Of a stretch of 64,000 bases of DNA, positions 1-8,849 are shown one piece after another. This stretch comes from Acidobacteriota bacterium (lineage in GTDB: Bacteria; Acidobacteriota; UBA6911; RPQK01; JAJDTT01). Position 1 is the first letter of the stretch. Every line of letters starts with the position of its first letter. Made by a program: the position numbers and the translations under genes. The notes under the pieces were generated by a model. That model was not told the DNA's origin, searched no databases, and saw only the letters and a program-made list of their open reading frames with translations. Where the stretch lies: assembly GCA_965217775.1 (NCBI GenBank), contig CBDCJH010000002.1:3584001-3648000 (forward strand), given 5' to 3'.

Positions 1-585
1 GCTCTCCGAGAGGTGCTCGCCCCGGTGGTCCATCCCCACCACGTAGTCGAACTTCCGTCCCGAGAAGGTCAGCAGAAATCCCCGCTCCGCTCCACTCACC
101 CGCAACGCCGACTCCAGCAGTTGACCCAACATCCGGTCTGCCGAAAAGGTCTGGCCCCATTGATATTGGAAATCCAGGATGTGGGAGATCTTCTCCAACT
201 CCGAAGCAGCCGACGCGACGGGGGGAAGCACCGCCGAAAGCTGCAGGACGGACTTCTCCAAGTTCAGAGTCCTTTTCCCGTCCGTCTCCACCGAGCCCAG
301 ATAACTGAACTCGCTGGGACCGGGTCCCATTCGGATCTTGTCTCCGGCCTCCAGGACCCGTTCCTGGACACGTTTCCCATTGACGAAGGTCCCGTGGGTG
401 CTGTTCAGATCAATGACGGTGTAGCCCCGTTCCTGCCGCACCAACCGGGCATGCCGCCGCGAGACGTAGGGATCGGTCAGGACGATATCCGAATCGGACC
501 TGCGCCCGACGAACAGTTCCTGCTTCCGCAGCGCCATCCGGCGAGGTTGCCCGCCCTGACGCCACTCCACGTAATGAGTGCCCAT
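1..585 (-). CDS. FHA-domain protein followed by a probable GAF domain (partial, runs off the left edge)
   Basis: Manual translation from ATG 585 (RBS GGAGGGA) gives ...LFVGRRSDSDIVLTDPYVSRRHARL...DLNSTHGTFVNG, the FHA GR/SRxH/NxT motifs, then LLESALRVSGAERGFLL (GAF-like). Absent from the ORF track, probably because it is open-ended. Confidence 0.85.
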   Translation of the reverse strand, partial: MGTHYVEWRQGGQPRRMALRKQELFVGRRSDSDIVLTDPYVSRRHARLVRQERGYTVIDLNSTHGTFVNGKRVQERVLEAGDKIRMGPGPSEFSYLGSVETDGKRTLNLEKSVLQLSAVLPPVASAASELEKISHILDFQYQWGQTFSADRMLGQLLESALRVSGAERGFLLTFSGRKFDYVVGMDHRGEHLSES

Positions 586-1020
586 TCCCTCCCTCACGAC
601 GGCTCGTGGCAACAGATCTCCCGGAATCCGTCCGACGCCGCACCTCGCCGGACCGGGTTGCTCATCGATAACATACGCACCCGTAGGCTCGACGTTTCGT
701 TCGGTCCGCCGGGCACCACCCCGGCCTCAATGCTCCACTGGCCTTGCACCGGGGTCACCCGAAGCAGAACCGCACTCGCATTATAGACGCGCCTCGATCC
801 CAAAAGCGTATGCCTGGACGGCGAACCCCCGGAATCCCTCGGAAGAGGCGATTTGGAGTTGACTTTTGGAGGTTTTTGCTGGATATGAGTGGGAGTGCGC
901 AGGGCGTCTGCACCCAGGGTCCCTGACAGTGTAGAATGGCCTCTCCGGATCGAACCACGCGGATTTCAGGTAGTCGAACGGGATGACTTTACCCCACAGA
1001 CGAGAGGAGAAGACAACACT

Positions 1021-1905
1021 GTGAAGGCACTAGGTTACGCATGCCCCGAAACGCTGGAGGAGGCGGTAGCGCTGATGGCCGAATACGACGGCCGCGCCCG
1101 TCCTCTGGCCGGGGGAACCGACATCATCGTCCAAGTGAGGGAGGGCCATCGCGACCTGGACCTGATGTTGGACGTCAAGCGGATTCCCCAGCTCCGGCAA
1201 CTGACTCACGATGCGGCGGAAGGACTGGTCCTGGGGGCCGCGGTCCCCTGCTGTGAATTCTACGAAGACAGCGAGATCGCGTCCCTTTACCCCGGCCTTG
1301 TGGACGCCGCCGAGCTGGTGGGAGGGACCGCCATCCAGAACCGCGCTTCTTTCGGCGGCAACCTCTGCAACTCCTCGCCGGCAGCGGACACCATTCCCAC
1401 CCTGATCGCCCACGAAGCCGTCTGCGTGATCGCCGGTCCGGGCGGCCGGCGCGAAGTGCCGGTGGAGAGTTTCTGCACCGGCCCCGGACGCAACGTCCTG
1501 GGACGGGGAGAGTTGCTGGTCTCCTTGCGGATCCCGACCCCTGGTCCGAACGCGGGGGCGCACTATCTTCGCTTCATCCCGCGAAACGAGATGGACATCG
1601 CCGTCGTCGGTGCGGGATCGGCAGTGGTGCTGAACGACGCCGGCGACAGCTTCGTCTCCGGGCGCGTCGGATTGGGCGCGGTGGCGCCCACCCCGCTGTT
1701 GGTGGAGGAAGCCGGCGAGGTGTTGTCGGGGAGTCCGGTCTCGGACGCCGTCATCGACCAGGCGGCCGCGGCGGCCAGCAGGGCGGCGCGCCCCATCAGC
1801 GACATGCGGGGAACCATCGAGCAGCGGAAACACCTGTCCGGCGTCCTGACCCGCAGGACACTCGTGAAGGCCGTCGCCCGAGCCAGAGGGGAGTCGAATT
1901 CATGA
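1021..1905 (+). CDS. Xanthine dehydrogenase/CoxM-family FAD-binding subunit
   Basis: AGGTD, AIQNRASFGGNLCNSSPAAD and PISDMRG motifs; GTG start at 1021 with RBS GAGGAG. Confidence 0.92.
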   Translation: MKALGYACPETLEEAVALMAEYDGRARPLAGGTDIIVQVREGHRDLDLMLDVKRIPQLRQLTHDAAEGLVLGAAVPCCEFYEDSEIASLYPGLVDAAELVGGTAIQNRASFGGNLCNSSPAADTIPTLIAHEAVCVIAGPGGRREVPVESFCTGPGRNVLGRGELLVSLRIPTPGPNAGAHYLRFIPRNEMDIAVVGAGSAVVLNDAGDSFVSGRVGLGAVAPTPLLVEEAGEVLSGSPVSDAVIDQAAAAASRAARPISDMRGTIEQRKHLSGVLTRRTLVKAVARARGESNS

Positions 1906-2402
1906 GCGTTACAGCCGCCGACCAGAAGCTACACATCCGGACCCGGATCAACAACGAAGCCGCCGAGTTCCTGTGCGAGCCGCGCCACAGCCTGTTGGAG
2001 GTGCTGCGCGACATTCTCCAGCTCACCGGCAGCAAGGAAGGGTGCAACAACGGCAACTGCGGCGCCTGCTGCGTCATCCTGGACGGACGCCTCGTCAACT
2101 CCTGCGTGGTGATGGCGGGCGAGATTCAGGGCGCCGAGATCACCACCATCGAGGGACTGGCGTCGGAATCCGGCGAACTGCACCCCTTGCAGCAGAAGTT
2201 CCTGGAACACGCCGCACTTCAGTGCGGCATCTGCACCCCCGGGTTCATCGTCGCCGCCAAGGCCCTTCTGGACCGGAATCCCGATCCTTCCGAACACGAC
2301 GTTCGCCTGTGGCTGGCGGGAAACCTATGCCGCTGCACAGGTTACGACAAGATCATTCGAGCCGTATTGGACACTGCCGCGCAGACCAACGGCAACGGCT
2401 AA
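1902..2402 (+). CDS. CoxS/XdhC-family 2x[2Fe-2S] subunit
   Basis: KEGCNNGNCGAC...NSC and QCGICTPG...GNLCRCTGY motifs; ATGA overlap with the upstream gene. Confidence 0.95.
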   Translation: MSVTAADQKLHIRTRINNEAAEFLCEPRHSLLEVLRDILQLTGSKEGCNNGNCGACCVILDGRLVNSCVVMAGEIQGAEITTIEGLASESGELHPLQQKFLEHAALQCGICTPGFIVAAKALLDRNPDPSEHDVRLWLAGNLCRCTGYDKIIRAVLDTAAQTNGNG

Positions 2403-2422
2403 CCGAGGGGGAGTCAAGACTG

Positions 2423-4720
2423 ATGGCTACAGCAACCAAAACCGCACCGGAAACCCAGTCCGAATACAAGGTCATCGGCACCCGTCCCATCCGCCACGAC
2501 GGAGTGGACAAGGTCACCGGAAGGGCCCAATACGGCGCCGACGTGTACCTGACGGGCATGTTGCACGGCAACGTTCTGCGCAGCCCCCACGCCCACGCCA
2601 GGATCGTATCCATCGATGCCGGCAGGGCGCTGGCCCTACCCGGCGTGAAGGCGGTGGTCACGGGTAAGGACCTGCCCGATCCGGGAGACAAGATCGCCAA
2701 CCTGGGGGAGGCGTCGTCGCCCCTGCGGCATCTTTCCCTCAACGTGCTGGCCCGGGACAAGGTCCTGTACCAGGGACACGCCGTCGCCGCAGTGGCGGCC
2801 ACCGACCCGCATCTGGCCGAGGAAGCGGCGGGCCTGATCGAAGTGGAGTACGAGGTCCTTCCGCCGGTGATGGACGTCATGGAGGCCATGAAGGACGGGG
2901 CGCCGCTCCTGGACGAGAGTCTCCGCACCAAGGCCTTCGGAGCCGTCGGCGACAAGCCGACCAACGTCGCCGATCACATCCACTTCAAGTTGGGTGACGT
3001 GGAGAAGGGGTTTGCCGAAGCCGATGTGGTGGTGGAGAGGGAATTCACCACCCAGACCGTGCACCAGGGTTACATCGAGCCCCACAACTGTACGGCCTTC
3101 TGGAATTCCGACGGCCAGCTCACCATCTGGCTCAGCACCCAGGGCTCCTTCACCAGCCGGGCCCAGACCTCCGAGATCCTGGGGGTTCCCATCTCCCAGG
3201 TCAAGGTGGTGCCCACCGAGATCGGCGGAGGCTTCGGCGGTAAGATCGCCACCTACCTGGAGCCGGCGGCGGCTCTTCTGTCCAAAGCCACCGGGCGGCC
3301 GGTGAAGATGCTCATGACGCGGGAGGAGGTGCTGCAGGCCACCGGTCCGACGCCGGCTTCGTTCATGCGCGTCAAGATGGGCGCCAAGAAGGATGGAACG
3401 CTCACCGCCGGGAGTTTCTGGGCCGCGTTCGACGCCGGCGGTTTTCCGGGATCGCCCATCGGCGCCGCCTGCATGTGCGTGTTCGCTCCCTACAACCTTC
3501 CCAACGGCGTCATCGACGGCTTCGACGTGCTGGTCAACAAGCCCAAGTCGTCCGCCTACCGGGCTCCCGGAGCGACCCATGCCGAGTTCGCCTCCGAGAC
3601 GGTGGTGGACGAGATCTGTGAGCAGTTGGGCATGGACCCCATAGAATTCCGCCTCAAGAACGCCTCTCGCGAGGGAGACCGGCGAGTCGACGGGCCCGTC
3701 TGGCCCCGGATCGGATGCGTGGAAACGGCCGAAGCCGCCCGTGAACATCCGCACTACGCGGCGCCGCTGGAGGGACCCAACCGGGGTCGCGGCGTGGCCA
3801 GCGGATTCTGGTTCAACGTGGGACTCAAATCCAGCGTTCACGCCAGTGTGAACCCGGACGGAAGGGTGAGCCTGGTGGAGGGCTCCACCGACATCGGAGG
3901 CACCCGAACCTCCGTGGCCATGCAGATGGCCGAGGTCCTGGGCATTCCGGCCGAGAGCGTCCGGCCCATCGTCGCGGACACGGACGCCGTCGGTTATACC
4001 GACGTGACCGGAGGCAGCCGAGTCACCTTCTCCACCGGCTATGCCGCGTACGAGGCAGCCCGGGACATCCAGAGTCAGATGGTCGAGCGCGCGGCCGTCC
4101 TCTGGGAGATCTCGGAGGATCAGGTCGAGGCTCGCGACGGGGACTACGTGGCCACCGACGGATCGGGCAGGAGCATTTCCTTCGCCGATCTGGCCGCCAA
4201 GATGGACGAGACCGGCGGACCCATCGTGGGCCGGGCAACGGTCGATCCCAAGGGTGTCGGCGGTGCGTTCTGTACCCAGATTGCCGACGTGGAAGTAGAC
4301 CCGGACACGGGAAAGGTCGAAATCCTCCGCTTCACAGTCGTCCAGGACGCAGGCCGGGCCATCCACCCCTCCTATGTGGAGGGTCAGATGCAAGGCGGAG
4401 CCGTCCAGGGCATCGGCTGGGCTCTGAACGAGGAGTACGTCTACAACGACAAGGGTCAGCTCCTGAACGGCAGCTTTCTGGACTACCGGATGCCGACGAG
4501 CCTGGACCTCCCCATGATCGACACCAAGATCGTGGAGGTGCCGAATCCGGGACATCCCTTCGGTGTGCGGGGAGTCGGAGAGGTCCCCATCGTGCCCCCG
4601 CCGGCCGCCATCGCCAACGCCGTCTATCAGGCGACGGGGTTGAGGCTCAGGGACCTGCCCATGAGCCCGCCCAGGGTATTGAAGGCGCTCCTGGAGAAGA
4701 ACGGAAACGGGTCGGGTTGA
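2423..4720 (+). CDS. Xanthine oxidase-family molybdopterin-binding large subunit (substrate unknown)
   Basis: DKVTG, LRSPHAHA, GGGFGGK, AYRAPG, GGAVQGIG and GVRGVGE motifs; ATG 2423 with RBS. Confidence 0.93.
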   Translation: MATATKTAPETQSEYKVIGTRPIRHDGVDKVTGRAQYGADVYLTGMLHGNVLRSPHAHARIVSIDAGRALALPGVKAVVTGKDLPDPGDKIANLGEASSPLRHLSLNVLARDKVLYQGHAVAAVAATDPHLAEEAAGLIEVEYEVLPPVMDVMEAMKDGAPLLDESLRTKAFGAVGDKPTNVADHIHFKLGDVEKGFAEADVVVEREFTTQTVHQGYIEPHNCTAFWNSDGQLTIWLSTQGSFTSRAQTSEILGVPISQVKVVPTEIGGGFGGKIATYLEPAAALLSKATGRPVKMLMTREEVLQATGPTPASFMRVKMGAKKDGTLTAGSFWAAFDAGGFPGSPIGAACMCVFAPYNLPNGVIDGFDVLVNKPKSSAYRAPGATHAEFASETVVDEICEQLGMDPIEFRLKNASREGDRRVDGPVWPRIGCVETAEAAREHPHYAAPLEGPNRGRGVASGFWFNVGLKSSVHASVNPDGRVSLVEGSTDIGGTRTSVAMQMAEVLGIPAESVRPIVADTDAVGYTDVTGGSRVTFSTGYAAYEAARDIQSQMVERAAVLWEISEDQVEARDGDYVATDGSGRSISFADLAAKMDETGGPIVGRATVDPKGVGGAFCTQIADVEVDPDTGKVEILRFTVVQDAGRAIHPSYVEGQMQGGAVQGIGWALNEEYVYNDKGQLLNGSFLDYRMPTSLDLPMIDTKIVEVPNPGHPFGVRGVGEVPIVPPPAAIANAVYQATGLRLRDLPMSPPRVLKALLEKNGNGSG

Positions 4721-4761
4721 ACCGCCACCCGGCTCCGAGCCGAGGTTCGCACAAGAACTCC

Positions 4762-5040
4762 ATGCCCACAGCCTGGATTCCCCCGCCGATGCAAGAGCTC
4801 ACGAATGGTCGGGAGCAGGTCGAGGTTCGTGGACGGACCGTTCGAGAACTCATCGATCAGTTGGATCAAGAGTACCCTGGAATCGGGGACCGTCTCCGCG
4901 AGGGCAATCGACTGCGAAGCGGCGTTGCGGTTTCGGTCGACGGTGTGATTTCGCCCGAAGGGCTGCGGGCCCGCCTGCGGACCGGCAGCGAAGTCCATTT
5001 TCTGCCGGCCATCGCCGGAGGAAGCCGGAGGCGGAAGTAG
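4762..5040 (+). CDS. MoaD/ThiS-family ubiquitin-like sulfur carrier with a C-terminal extension
   Basis: GRTVRELIDQL...L(R)TGSEVHFLPAIAGG followed by SRRRK; lies directly downstream of the Mo-enzyme genes. Confidence 0.85.
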   Translation: MPTAWIPPPMQELTNGREQVEVRGRTVRELIDQLDQEYPGIGDRLREGNRLRSGVAVSVDGVISPEGLRARLRTGSEVHFLPAIAGGSRRRK

Positions 5041-5044
5041 CGCC

Positions 5045-5392
5045 ATGGGAATGAGGGTTCTGAGCCGCGTGATGCTCATCCTCTTTTCCGCCGCCACGAT
5101 CCTTCAGTACAACGATCCAGACCTCCATATCTGGATGCCCGTCTACGGCTTGGCGGCTCTCTGGTCCTGGATGTCCTGGACCGGGAGGAGACTGCCCGAG
5201 CCCTGGGTGGAGTTCTTTGCATTGGCGTGCCTGCTGACGGTGGTCTATTTGGGAACGACGCTCCCGGAGGGGACATTGAACTATCGTCATGAGGAACTCA
5301 GTGAGTCGGGTGGCCTCCTGGTCACCGCCGTCTGGTCCCTGGTGCTCGCCCGGCGCCAGCGCATGGCGAGAAAACAAGCGGCGGCCTCGTGA
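5045..5392 (+). CDS. TMEM220-like small membrane protein
   Basis: QYNDPD motif, about 4 hydrophobic segments and an E-SE-GGL motif. Confidence 0.7.
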   Translation: MGMRVLSRVMLILFSAATILQYNDPDLHIWMPVYGLAALWSWMSWTGRRLPEPWVEFFALACLLTVVYLGTTLPEGTLNYRHEELSESGGLLVTAVWSLVLARRQRMARKQAAAS

Positions 5393-5402
5393 GGTTGGCA
5401 AC

Positions 5403-5711
5403 ATGAATCTTCCCGAAGCGGCGGTGGTCATCTATGGGGCCCTGGTGTCCCTGGGAGGGCTGATGGGTTATCTCAAGGCCCGCAGCATTCCTTCCCTGGT
5501 GCTGGGCCTTCTCTTTGGAGTGGCTCTCATTCTCTCGGCACTGTTCGCCGGCGCCGAAGGCGGGCTCCCGGCAGACCTGCCGCTGTGGCTGGTTCTGGGA
5601 CTGACGGTATTGTCCCTCTATCGCCTCAATCTGACTCGACGCTTCATGCCGGCCGGACTTCTGGTCCTCCTCGGCGCCATCGTGGCCGTCATCCTGTTGA
5701 CAGCCAGGTAA
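5403..5711 (+). CDS. TMEM14-family small membrane protein
   Basis: YGALVSLGGLMGYLKARSIPSL...RRFMPAG pattern; ATG 5403 with RBS GAGG. Confidence 0.8.
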   Translation: MNLPEAAVVIYGALVSLGGLMGYLKARSIPSLVLGLLFGVALILSALFAGAEGGLPADLPLWLVLGLTVLSLYRLNLTRRFMPAGLLVLLGAIVAVILLTAR

Positions 5712-5738
5712 CGCCCTGAGCACCCGGAACGTGTAACC

Positions 5739-6614
5739 ATGATGAAATCCCTGCCCCTGATCCTCCTGCTGGCCCTCGGACCCGCTCCTTCCCAGATCGA
5801 GACCCGGGTCTTGACCTCCATCCAGGACCTGATTCGCCAAGGAACCGGCATCAGCTTCTCCGAGCTTCAGAACGACCCCCAATTCAGCAAAGAGGAGAAG
5901 GAGTTCATTGGCAAGCTCTTCGAGACCCTGTTCCGCATCCCCGCCTTCGTCCAGAGCGAGCTGAAACGGACGGGCGAGCCCCCAACGCGGGCGCAGATCG
6001 GAGAACGGTTCGGCGTCGGCGTTCAATCCATCGAGCTGTTGCTGACCGTCATGGAAATCGATGGCCGTGTCCCCCGAATGTTCGACCGGGACCAGACCGG
6101 GGAGATCACCAGGGTCCACCGTCAGGGCCTGGCGGCGTTCCTTCAGCGTCACGGCAGCCCGGTCCGCGTCACCGGCTGGGAGGGAAGACCCGCACCCGAC
6201 TTCGATCTGCTGACCCTGGAGGGAGAGAGGCTGTCCAGCGCAAGCTTGAGAGGATCCAACGTCCTTCTCTATTTCTGGTTCACCGGCTGCCCGCCTTGTT
6301 CCCGCATCTCTCCCATCCTGGAAACCCTCCACCAGCGGTACGGAAACGATCGACTCCGGGTGGTGGGCCTGAACGCCGACCGGATCCTGGAGTTGACGGT
6401 GAACGACCGGGAACGGATCGAATACCTGAAAAAGCACGGGGTCTCCTTCCCCAACCTCCATCTGACCGAGGAGTCGCACAAGGCCTTCGGGAATATCAAC
6501 GTCTTCCCCACACTCTTTCTGTTGGACTCCTCCGGGACGGTGTTTCGGCGCCTGATCAACTACCAGAGTCAGGAGACCATGGACCAGGTGGTCTCCGAAC
6601 TGGTGCGACCCTGA
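5739..6614 (+). CDS. Exported TlpA/ResA-type thiol-disulfide oxidoreductase with an extra N-terminal domain
   Basis: Signal peptide; APDFDL...FWFTGCPPC...VFPTLFLLD thioredoxin-fold motifs. Confidence 0.85.
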   Translation: MMKSLPLILLLALGPAPSQIETRVLTSIQDLIRQGTGISFSELQNDPQFSKEEKEFIGKLFETLFRIPAFVQSELKRTGEPPTRAQIGERFGVGVQSIELLLTVMEIDGRVPRMFDRDQTGEITRVHRQGLAAFLQRHGSPVRVTGWEGRPAPDFDLLTLEGERLSSASLRGSNVLLYFWFTGCPPCSRISPILETLHQRYGNDRLRVVGLNADRILELTVNDRERIEYLKKHGVSFPNLHLTEESHKAFGNINVFPTLFLLDSSGTVFRRLINYQSQETMDQVVSELVRP

Positions 6615-6675
6615 TGCCGGCCGGCAAACGCCGCCGGAGGCCGGCCCCGGCGACCCCGGCCGCGGCAAGCTTGGA

Positions 6676-7992
6676 ATGAAGCTCTTTCGGGAAATCGGTC
6701 TCGCTTCCGCCATGCTCCTGGTGGTGGGGAACATCGTCGGGACCGGAATCTTCACCACCTCCGGACTCATCGCCCAGGAGATCGGGAATTCTCCGTGGCT
6801 CGTCGGAATCTGGCTGGCCGGCGGCCTGCTGTCCCTTACCGGAGCCCTCTGCTACGCCCAGTTGGGGGCCCGCACTCCCAGGGCCGGCGGGGAGTTCGCA
6901 TTTCTCTACCCGGTCTACGGTCCCCTGGTCGCATTCCTCTCCGGTTGGGCTTCCCTGATCATCGGATTCTCGGGGCCCGTGGCCGCGGCATCGCTGGGAC
7001 TCGCCATCTATCTGGAACCCTACCTGCCCCTCGCATCCGGCCCTCTGGGGAACCAGACCGTGGCGACCCTGGTTCTCCTGGCAGTCACCACTCTGCTCTC
7101 CCTGGGGCTCAAATTCGGAACCCGTCTCCATTCCACGGTGACCCTCCTGAATCTGGGACTGCTTGCTGCATTCACCTGTCTGGTGCTGGTCAACACGCGG
7201 AAGGCCGGGGTCCTTCACGAGTTGAATCCGGCCGGCGCCTGGGACCTGGAGACGCTGGTCCCCGTGGCCTCGGCTCTGCTCCTGGTCATGTTCTCCTACA
7301 GCGGTTGGAACGCTGCGGCCTACATCGCCGAGGAGATTCGGGATCCGGCCCGCAACCTCCCCAGGTCCCTGTTGCTGGGGACGGCACTGGTCACCATTCT
7401 CTACGTCGGAATCAACCTGGCCTACCTGACGGCTCTTCCCCTGGCCCAGTTGCAGGGGGAGGTGGCCGTCGCCCAGTTGGCCGCTTCGGCCGTGTTGCCC
7501 TCCGGTGAATGGATCGTGACTTTACTGATTCTGGTCTCGATCCTGAGTTCCGTCACCGCCATGTCCATCGCCGGTCCCCGAATCTATTTCGCCATGTCCC
7601 GGCAACGGCTCTTTCCTTCCTGGTTGGGTGAAGTGCACCTGAAAAAGAAAATCCCCCTGAAGGCCATCTGGTTCCAGAGCGGCATCGCCCTGGCCCTGGT
7701 CTGGATGGGGACCTTGAGGCAGATCCTGCTCTTTTCGGGATTCGTGGTCATCCTCTTTTCGGCAGTGACGGTCTCGGCGCTGCTGCGAACGCCTCTCGAC
7801 CCCGACTCCAGCCGCGGGGCCTGGATCTTGCAGCGGATTCTGCCCTGGATCTTCGTCTTGACGAGTCTTGCCATCCTGGCGAGCGTCGCGTTCTCCCATC
7901 CCGGAGAATCGCTGGCCGGCGTGGCCACGGTCTGTGCCGGGCTGCCCGTCTACTACTACTATTACCGGAGGCGTCTGGGATCGGCGCCGTAA
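6676..7992 (+). CDS. APC-family amino acid permease
   Basis: GNIVGTGIF, PRAGGEF and FSYSGWNAA...EEIRDPARNLP motifs; about 12 TM segments. Confidence 0.93.
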   Translation: MKLFREIGLASAMLLVVGNIVGTGIFTTSGLIAQEIGNSPWLVGIWLAGGLLSLTGALCYAQLGARTPRAGGEFAFLYPVYGPLVAFLSGWASLIIGFSGPVAAASLGLAIYLEPYLPLASGPLGNQTVATLVLLAVTTLLSLGLKFGTRLHSTVTLLNLGLLAAFTCLVLVNTRKAGVLHELNPAGAWDLETLVPVASALLLVMFSYSGWNAAAYIAEEIRDPARNLPRSLLLGTALVTILYVGINLAYLTALPLAQLQGEVAVAQLAASAVLPSGEWIVTLLILVSILSSVTAMSIAGPRIYFAMSRQRLFPSWLGEVHLKKKIPLKAIWFQSGIALALVWMGTLRQILLFSGFVVILFSAVTVSALLRTPLDPDSSRGAWILQRILPWIFVLTSLAILASVAFSHPGESLAGVATVCAGLPVYYYYYRRRLGSAP

Positions 7993-7999
7993 CGGACTG

Positions 8000-8785
8000 T
8001 TATTCCCGGATCTTCCCGGTCATGGGGACAAAGCGCACGGCGAGCACGTTCTGGCGCCGGATCCTGCCCTCTTCCTTGGTCAACAGCAGCAGCTTCTGGA
8101 CCCGTCCCGGATCACCCACGGGAATGACGAGGCGGCCTCCTTCGGCCAGTTGTTCCTGAAGGGGCTCGGGAACCCGGCCGGCCGCGGCAGTCACCAGGAT
8201 GAGGTCGAAGGGAGCCGCTTCGGGCCATCCCTGGTAACCGTCCCCCGCCCGGGCGAAAACGTTCCCGTAGCCGAGACGCTTCAGCAATGCCGCCGACCGG
8301 CGGGCCAGCTCGGGGACGATCTCTATGGTGTAGACCCGATCGACCAGCTCCGCCAGGACCGCCGCCTGGTAGCCGGACCCGGTTCCGATTTCCAGGGCCC
8401 GGGCACCCTCTCTCGGATCCGCCAACTGGGTCATCAGAGCAACGATGTAGGGCTGGGAAATGGTCTGTCCCAGGCCGATGGGCAGCGGGTGGTCCTCGTA
8501 CGCGAGATGCTTCACGGTCTGGGGAACGAACTCGTGCCTGGGAACCTTGCCCATGGCCTCCAGGACCCGACTGTCCCAGATGTCTCGAGAACGGAGCTGG
8601 GTCGCCACCATCTCCCGGCGCAGCCGGGGGTAGTCGGCGGCCGCGGAGGCGGAATCCCCGGAGTCCTGGGAACCGCAGGAAGCGGCCAGCGGGAACAGAA
8701 GGACAATCAACACCAGCGGGATCCCCCCGGTCCGAGACCGGAAACCGAAGATGACCCGATCACCCCTGCCGCGCGATCCAAGCAT
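8000..8785 (-). CDS. pcm: Protein-L-isoaspartate O-methyltransferase with an N-terminal lipoprotein-like signal
   Basis: VPRHEFV, GQTISQPY, LEIGTGSGYQAA, GDGYQGW, APFD and VRFVPM motifs; start codon uncertain. Confidence 0.93.
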   Translation of the reverse strand: MLGSRGRGDRVIFGFRSRTGGIPLVLIVLLFPLAASCGSQDSGDSASAAADYPRLRREMVATQLRSRDIWDSRVLEAMGKVPRHEFVPQTVKHLAYEDHPLPIGLGQTISQPYIVALMTQLADPREGARALEIGTGSGYQAAVLAELVDRVYTIEIVPELARRSAALLKRLGYGNVFARAGDGYQGWPEAAPFDLILVTAAAGRVPEPLQEQLAEGGRLVIPVGDPGRVQKLLLLTKEEGRIRRQNVLAVRFVPMTGKIRE

Positions 8786-8849
8786 GAGTTTCTCCCATGA
8801 ATTCGCCGGGCCGCCGCCCAGTGCGGAAGCTCCTATTTTCTCTTTCCTC

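Noticed and set aside
13-786. 257-aa plus-strand ORF
   Set aside because: It is the in-register antisense shadow of the real minus-strand FHA gene.
2423-4720. Aerobic CO dehydrogenase call based on the M-S-L gene order
   Set aside because: It lacks the AYxCSFR Cu-binding loop, and no coxDEFG genes are nearby.
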